Source: an uncultured Pseudomonadales bacterium (GTDB taxonomy: Bacteria > Patescibacteriota > Microgenomatia > UBA1400 > UBA12028). From it: a stretch of 64,000 bases of DNA. Below are positions 58,462-64,000 of this stretch, piece by piece. Each line of letters starts with the position of its first letter. Position 1 is the first letter of the stretch. Made by a program: the position numbers and the translations under genes. The DNA lies in the NCBI GenBank assembly GCA_964509365.1, contig CAZDWN010000001.1, positions 11,074 to 75,073 on the forward strand, given 5' to 3'. The notes under the pieces were generated by a model. It did no database searches, was not told the DNA's origin, and was given only the letters and a program-made list of their open reading frames with translations.

Positions 58462-59268
58462 TTATGCTGAGAGATACCCCAATGCGATGGTGAGATCGTC
58501 TGCGAGCGGCGCATCAAAATGCTTCATTTCTTTGGAGACAGGATGGACAAACTCGATTGATTTTGCGTGTAAGAATTGTCGCGGACACCACTCTTTATCC
58601 AAGACGATGCGTTTGCGACCAGAATAGGTACCGTCGCCGACGATTGGGTGCTTGAGCGCTGCCATATGGACTCTGATTTGATGAGTACGTCCTGTCTTTG
58701 GCATGAGCATGATATGGGTGAAGCCTTGATAGCTTTTGCCTTTTTTCTCACTGATCCCTCTGGGATTCCCAGGAAAATGTTCGAGCACTTGGTAGTGCGT
58801 CTCCGAGAGTCTTCCATCTGCTGAGACTTCAAATTTTTTATAGTCATGATCACTGCGATTCATTGGGAGCCGGATGATCCCCGTATCCGGTTGCAACTTC
58901 CCATGCACCAGTGCCTCGTACGTCTTCGTGACTTCTCGCTCACGAAACTGCCGTAGGAGTTCGACGAGCACTTCCGGAGTCTTTGCGAGGATCAACACTC
59001 CTGATGTCTCTTTATCCAGTCGATGCACTATTCCCCCACGCTCATCAAAAATTTCTTGCGGAGTTCCGTACGGATTTTCATCACTTATGGTTTTTTCTGA
59101 TCCTACTGATCTTCCTGATCGACTGATCCTGCTTTCTTCCATCCAGTCTTGCACGGTCTTGTCATCGTACGAAGGTGAGCGATTGACCACCCACCCTGCT
59201 GGTTTGTTGATCACGAGCAGTGAGTCGTCTTCGAAAATGATTGATTGTTCCAGTTCTTTGAAATCCAT
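58462..59268 (-). CDS. RluA-family pseudouridine synthase
   Basis: Catalytic Asp motif HRLDKETSGVLILAKT. Confidence 0.8.
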   Translation of the reverse strand: MDFKELEQSIIFEDDSLLVINKPAGWVVNRSPSYDDKTVQDWMEESRISRSGRSVGSEKTISDENPYGTPQEIFDERGGIVHRLDKETSGVLILAKTPEVLVELLRQFREREVTKTYEALVHGKLQPDTGIIRLPMNRSDHDYKKFEVSADGRLSETHYQVLEHFPGNPRGISEKKGKSYQGFTHIMLMPKTGRTHQIRVHMAALKHPIVGDGTYSGRKRIVLDKEWCPRQFLHAKSIEFVHPVSKEMKHFDAPLADDLTIALGYLSA

Positions 59269-59285
59269 AGGTATCTCATTCGTAC

Positions 59286-59308
59286 GTCATCCTGGCTTGT
59301 CCAGGATC
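59286..59308 (+). repeat. Hairpin repeat family copy (tcatcctgg-cttgt-ccaggatc)
   Basis: Identical to the 38654 copy. Confidence 0.5.
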
Positions 59309-59325
59309 TCTTCGCATCTGGAAAG

Positions 59326-59349
59326 ATTCCGGACGGGCCGGAATGACGA
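59326..59349 (-). repeat. Hairpin repeat family copy, minus orientation (tcattccgg-cccgt-ccggaatc)
   Basis: Reverse complement of gattccggacgggccggaatgacg. Lies just downstream of the lspA stop. Confidence 0.5.
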
Positions 59350-59359
59350 CGCAGTCGTA

Positions 59360-59764
59360 TTATACAGTGTTTGGCCGAGGAAATTTTTGCATCCGGAAAA
59401 AGATCCACACGAGCGCGAGGATGATCGCCCAGTCGGCGACATTGTTACGGATGTCGGTGAGAGGGATGGACAAGAAATCACGCACGCCACCGTACACCAC
59501 GCGATCGATGATATTGGAAAGACTGCCACCGAAAAACGCGCCTATTGCGAATGGGGAGATCAGATAAAAGAGCTTGCCAAATTTCACTGCGATGAGCAGG
59601 AGCACTCCGATCAGTGCCAGCGTCAGGAGTGGCGTCGGCAAGAGACCAAAGGAAACTCCGGTATTCAGTTGGATGTTGCTCGCGAAATACTTGGTGACTT
59701 GGTCGATTGCGATTACCGCAATTAAAAAAGTTCCAAAGAGAAGTCTCTTGTTCATACTGATCAA
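59360..59764 (-). CDS. lspA: Lipoprotein signal peptidase (signal peptidase II)
   Basis: Four TM segments. Conserved Asp-containing motifs (NTGVSFGL, FNIADWAI-like VADWAI). Confidence 0.8.
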   Translation of the reverse strand: MISMNKRLLFGTFLIAVIAIDQVTKYFASNIQLNTGVSFGLLPTPLLTLALIGVLLLIAVKFGKLFYLISPFAIGAFFGGSLSNIIDRVVYGGVRDFLSIPLTDIRNNVADWAIILALVWIFFRMQKFPRPNTV

Positions 59765-59825
59765 CTGATCACCTGATTCACTTACCTGCCCGCAAGTGCT
59801 GAAGCGAAAGCTTCTGCAGGCGGGT

Positions 59826-60161
59826 CTATTGTATGGTCGTCGTCGCCGTTGGCTCGACCATCAGGCGCTCGTACGGGATCTCGACACCATCATCAGTCAC
59901 ACCATAGGTGCCAGCTTCGATACGATCGAGGGCAGCTTTTGTGCGTTCGAGGAGGATCGTCGTTTCGTTTTCGAGCGATTCATAGGCCACGAGCTCGTTG
60001 CTTTCAGTGGCTTCTGTGCCGATGTCTGCGTTGTCTGTCGTGCGCGTGACGTCGCTGCTTGGGTCACCATTCTTCAGTGAAGTGAGCACGCCTTGGAGTT
60101 TTTCATACTGCGCGCTGAGTGTCGCTTTAAATTGTTGTAGTTGGGTGTCGGTGAGTGCCAT
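59826..60161 (-). CDS. DksA/TraR-family-like protein lacking the Cys4 zinc finger
   Basis: C-terminal RIEAGTYGVTDDGVEIPYERL parallels DksA RIEDGTYGxCExCGxxI, but the cysteines are replaced. Confidence 0.4.
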   Translation of the reverse strand: MALTDTQLQQFKATLSAQYEKLQGVLTSLKNGDPSSDVTRTTDNADIGTEATESNELVAYESLENETTILLERTKAALDRIEAGTYGVTDDGVEIPYERLMVEPTATTTIQ

Positions 60162-60195
60162 AGTGAGCTCCTTTAGTTTGGTCTACCTACTGTAC

Positions 60196-60930
60196 TTACT
60201 TTTTCTTGAGTCGTCCAGAGCGAATATAGAGGAGGACAAATCCCCCAACCATCGTCAAAAGCGACCAGACTGTATAAAACATCGGAAGTGAAACTATTGC
60301 GTACGGGATTTGATAAAGATTGGAAAGAATGCCGAGGAATCCGATGACGATGAGAAAGGCACAAGTCACAAATCCAGTCTGTGCGCTACTTCGTCGGTAG
60401 CGATACCAAAAGTACGCGCGATAGGATCGCTCAAAGTACACGAGCAGTCTGCTGATCCCATAGGTCGCCGCTGCTCCGAGGATCAACGTGATCAGATATG
60501 CGATGGGAAGCTCTGTCTTACCGATCAGTGTACTGAGGACCAGTGTGACTGCCTGCCAAGCCATATACCCAGCCAAAAAGATTGGCACCGCGACGATGAC
60601 ATTGTCGAGCAATCCATATTTGTCTCTCCAGTTCTCACGCAGCAGGAGGTAAAACGAGACGCAAAAGAGCACGACTCCGACCTGCCAGGACGCACTAGCG
60701 CTCATGGGGCTCAAGAGTGCGAGTGGTGAGATTGTATGGCGCAGCAGCATATCTACTCCGCTCGGGAGGCGACTCAGATACCAGGCGACGATGGATGCGA
60801 TGATGACACGATCGAGTGCGAGTGGGACGTCGTCGACATGCTCGCGCTCCAACGATCGCCAAAGCGTAAAAAACGTGAGGTAGATGCTGAGGATGACGAG
60901 GAGTGCTTTGAGGATCGTAATAGCGAACAT
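60196..60930 (-). CDS. polytopic membrane protein, unknown function
   Basis: 244 aa with about 7 TM helices. Confidence 0.45.
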   Translation of the reverse strand: MFAITILKALLVILSIYLTFFTLWRSLEREHVDDVPLALDRVIIASIVAWYLSRLPSGVDMLLRHTISPLALLSPMSASASWQVGVVLFCVSFYLLLRENWRDKYGLLDNVIVAVPIFLAGYMAWQAVTLVLSTLIGKTELPIAYLITLILGAAATYGISRLLVYFERSYRAYFWYRYRRSSAQTGFVTCAFLIVIGFLGILSNLYQIPYAIVSLPMFYTVWSLLTMVGGFVLLYIRSGRLKKK

Positions 60931-60977
60931 AGGTTTTTCTTATTGTACTTCCTGCCTCCTCTTGATTCCACTATCCC

Positions 60978-61448
60978 ATGGGTCATACAATACACTTTCC
61001 TATGCTTTCTATATCGCACGCACTCACGGGAGCTTTCATCGCTACAAAGGTGCACAATCCGATTCTTGCCATTCCCCTCGTGCTTGCCTCACATTATCTG
61101 GAAGATTGGATCTTGCACTGGGATGTAGGCACAGGCCTCTCGAGTGGCACTCGCAGCAAATCGACAGCCATCTTCCTTGAGGTCTTTGATCTCCTCATCA
61201 GTTTTGCCTTGGTCTTTGCTTGGTTTCAAGCGGGCAAACCGACACTCGCGTTTGATGCCTGGCTTGGCAGTTTCTTTGGCCTACTCCCCGATTTTGTCGA
61301 AGCACCACGTAATTTCCTCAAGTACAATCCTCCGATTCTCAAGATATTCAACGATTTTCACCATGGATTCCACCATAGCACTCCAAATATGTTGCTTGGG
61401 CTCCTTCCCCAGTTTGTCGTCGTCGGCCTCATTTTCTTTTTACGGTAG
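60978..61448 (+). CDS. membrane protein, unknown function
   Basis: 156-aa hydrophobic ORF. Confidence 0.4.
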   Translation: MGHTIHFPMLSISHALTGAFIATKVHNPILAIPLVLASHYLEDWILHWDVGTGLSSGTRSKSTAIFLEVFDLLISFALVFAWFQAGKPTLAFDAWLGSFFGLLPDFVEAPRNFLKYNPPILKIFNDFHHGFHHSTPNMLLGLLPQFVVVGLIFFLR

Positions 61449-61480
61449 CGCTTCTAGCCTATAGTATTTTCCGGCGAAAA

Positions 61481-61705
61481 GTGTATAGTATCTGTATGTC
61501 AAACGAATTGATGTCGGATGATGAAACTCGTGTTACATCTGGGAGAATCCATGCCGAGTTCCTCAAATTGGATACTGAGGCGAAAGCAGAGCTCGCGTTG
61601 GCAGTGCTCATGGATACGTGCAGAAGCATTGGAAAAGCACTCTTCGAAAAAATTGCCCTCTCTCCTGAGCTCTTCGAGCCAGACGAAAAAGACCTTCAAG
61701 AATAG
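61481..61705 (+). CDS. hypothetical small protein
   Basis: 74-aa ORF. Confidence 0.3.
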   Translation: MYSICMSNELMSDDETRVTSGRIHAEFLKLDTEAKAELALAVLMDTCRSIGKALFEKIALSPELFEPDEKDLQE

Positions 61706-62403
61706 ACCTATAGTAATTCCTTTCTGTTTGGTGTATACTACTCCCTTGTCCTGTTTATGGCATTTTTCGAGCATTCTCGCTTGTCAAAGTCCATGATCCA
61801 GACAAGATCTTTTACATACACAAAGAGATGTTTGGTAGCCGGATAACCGGAGCGCCTAGGGGGATATTGTTTAGCAAAGTCAGTCTAGGAGCTCTGTATT
61901 ATTCGACTATCTGTCGATTCGATGGATGGGTACAGAGCAGAATTGGATTTCTCTCATGGCCGCGATATTGGTGTTTTTTCAACTGATGATGCGAGGCATT
62001 TTTGGCGGTCCGAAAGCGCCAAAGCAACCTCTGCACTATGAGGTTGTGCATCCACCGTCAAAGCGTGGGCCAACTATGGCCGACGCCCAGTCGCCGGAGG
62101 AATACGCCAAAAGCCATGGCATCGACCTCCGGAAGTAACATTCTTTGTGTGCTCCGGCATTTTCCAAAAAAATGCCGGGCAATCTTAAGTTCGTACCTCA
62201 TATGATTTTAAGATTGCCCCCGATTTGGACATCAGAATGACCTGACAATGACGTGAGGTATATTCCCTGTCCGACAAGCTCTTTTACATACACTACAACA
62301 TATCCTGATGATTTCTCTGGCTTTGAGAAGATCCGATGCGGTCTTTTGAAAGTCAGAGAAATTATTGGCCGCCAATTTCGTGCAGCTAAAAGGAGAAAAA
62401 GAA

Positions 62404-62837
62404 TGAAGAAGATATCCGCATTGACGACCATGGCGATTCTGTATTGCGCCGGAAACGGTATTCTGTTCTTCTACATGTTACTGGTAGAAGAAATAAAGTC
62501 TGCGCCGAAGTCTTTCTGGTTGGCGCTGCTCGGAATACTGAGTGTTGAAATTGCCAACCTGGTTTATTGGCAAGTTGCCAACTTTGACGACTGGCGCGAA
62601 GGCGGCAGTCCGACCGTGGCGTTGAAGAAAATTACAGTTCAACTTTCTATGAACTTGGTAATGTCCGTTTTGACGGTGCTAGCAATGGCGTTCGTCCAAA
62701 CGACGACGCCAACCCCATCGTTTGGGCTCTATCTTGTCTCTCAGTTTTTCATTTCCTTCTTTGCGCTTTTCATCTGGGGCACCCGCCCCGGGATGTTCCC
62801 CGAACCACAGGCTCGGGAACAAGCACAAGCGCAATAG
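62404..62837 (+). CDS. membrane protein, unknown function
   Basis: ORF 62253-62837. Start moved to MKKISAL, which follows the RBS aaaggagaaaaagaATG. Confidence 0.4.
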
Positions 62838-63084
62838 TTGTAGTGTATGCCCGGCCTCAAGCTTTCGAGCATGAGGTCGGGGACGCACTTGAGTCCACCG
62901 ATGAGGTAGGTTGAAGTGTGTCCCCATCTGACAAAAGAATTGCACGACAGATACGTTGTGTGGATTCCCTGTCGGATACGCTCTTTTACATACTCTAGAT
63001 AGGCTTTTTCTTGATCATGGTTGATCCGGACGCACAGAAGATTTGTAGTAGTCTTTTCTGCGTCCGAATGAACCATTTTTCAAT

Positions 63085-63600
63085 ATGAAAGGCAATATCG
63101 TGAAGGAAAAACGCAAGAATACTGATGAGAAGAACGCACTGGCATGGGTTAGTCAGCTCTGGCTGACGATTTTGCAGCTCGTGATCATCGTGATCGCAAT
63201 TCTGTGCTACGCATTCACCCAGGATGCAAAAGCCGTCGTCTCAACAGAAAATGCGATCGTATTTTTCTCGTTTGTTTTATTGTTCTTGATCAATTTTTGG
63301 TCATTGATCTGTACGATTGAGCAATCGAGCCCGGAGGAAGAGAACAAAGTTGCTCGTCAAGATGACGAAGTGCCGAAGACATTCGCGGAATTGATGAAGG
63401 GACAAAATCAGCAAGATCCGTTACACGTTGATCCGCTCCGACCTGGAGATTCCCGGTATGACAGCTTTGATCCGAATCTGTTCAAGGACCTGCAAGATAT
63501 GTTCGAGAAACGCGACGAGCAGGAACGTAAGCGCCCGCGCGGGCTGATTTCATTCAACGTTGATCTTGAAGGTAACGTTGAGGAGGAGGATGAAAAATGA
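63085..63600 (+). CDS. hypothetical membrane protein with acidic C-terminal tail
   Basis: 171 aa with two TM helices and a Glu/Asp-rich end. Confidence 0.4.
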   Translation: MKGNIVKEKRKNTDEKNALAWVSQLWLTILQLVIIVIAILCYAFTQDAKAVVSTENAIVFFSFVLLFLINFWSLICTIEQSSPEEENKVARQDDEVPKTFAELMKGQNQQDPLHVDPLRPGDSRYDSFDPNLFKDLQDMFEKRDEQERKRPRGLISFNVDLEGNVEEEDEK

Positions 63601-63776
63601 AAAGTTGGCGGCTCCCTCTACTGTACGGTAGTCTGCTCGCACTGGTTTTTATCGTCGCAAACGAAGCGATGCGAGCAAATCTGATCACTCAAGTTGGGCT
63701 CATCGTGGTCGACGTGACCGCGGTAAGCGTCGTTGGACTCATTTATGCCTTTACCGGCAAGGAGGAGACAAATTAA
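63597..63776 (+). CDS. 59-aa two-TM small membrane protein
   Basis: ATGA overlap with the upstream gene. Not in the track (<60 aa). Confidence 0.3.
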   Translation: MKSWRLPLLYGSLLALVFIVANEAMRANLITQVGLIVVDVTAVSVVGLIYAFTGKEETN

Positions 63777-63945
63777 ATTCGCACTCAGTGTTTCTTAACG
63801 AATAGATTGATGAAAAAGGTATTATCTAGCGTGTGTACCCGATCACTCAAAAGTGGTCGGGACATACCTGAGTCCGCCGAGGAGGTGGATTGAGGTATGC
63901 TCACCCAAAAAGAGCATCTGTCTGATAAAATAGTCTTTATAAATT

Positions 63946-64000
63946 GCCTGGATGGCGGAACTGGCAGACGCGCACGACTCAAAATCGTGTGACCGCAAGG
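63946..64000 (+). tRNA. tRNA-Leu (anticodon CAA), 5' portion; truncated by window end
   Basis: GCCTGGATGGCGGAACTGGCAGACGCGCACGACTCAAAATCGTG... parallels the tRNA-Leu at 13071. Anticodon loop CTCAAAA. The long variable arm begins at the window edge. Confidence 0.7.

Overview
This 64-kb window reads as a gene-dense bacterial chromosome with about 50% GC, many 4-nt ATGA start/stop overlaps, and UGA used as a stop codon. It is probably an uncultivated small-genome lineage. CPR/Patescibacteria cannot be confirmed or excluded from sequence alone.

Housekeeping genes I can support:
- trpS (3' fragment), tyrS and a tyrA-like gene
- recG, gyrB, gyrA, a holB-like gene
- rnc, rpsP, a KH-domain protein, nusB, an unannotated rpmF-like small ORF
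- tgt and queA (divergent pair)
- lspA, an RluA-family pseudouridine synthase, xerC/D, yebC, uppP
- two tRNA-Leu genes, the second truncated by the window end

Carbohydrate genes:
- glgP and glgA
- a secreted GH-A/GH5-like hydrolase
- a NodB-type polysaccharide deacetylase

A minus-strand type IV pilus locus of about 12.4 kb is present: pilB-pilT-pilC-pilin-pilD-PKD protein-5 prepilins-PilX-like-pilM-pilN-pilO. A TfoX_N protein and recG lie elsewhere in the window.

The most unusual gene (13583-16114) encodes an 843-aa membrane protein. It joins a bis-heme ferric-reductase-like transmembrane domain to five tandem cytochrome b5 domains on Pro/Thr-rich linkers, and it is translationally coupled to a downstream membrane-anchored protein. 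I could not place this architecture in any described system from sequence alone.

Other unusual items:
- A family of degenerate heptanucleotide (GTAGNNN) inverted-arm repeats flanks pilT, occurs at two other intergenic loci, and is inserted in-frame in tgt.
- A family of about 23-nt hairpins (GTCATYCYGG-N5-CCRGRATC) with compensatory stem changes sits at gene 3' ends.
- An inorganic pyrophosphatase carries a roughly 50-aa Cys/His-rich metallothionein-like tail.
- An apparently non-coding stretch of about 850 nt lies next to xerC/D.

No CRISPR array, rRNA or obvious transposase was seen.
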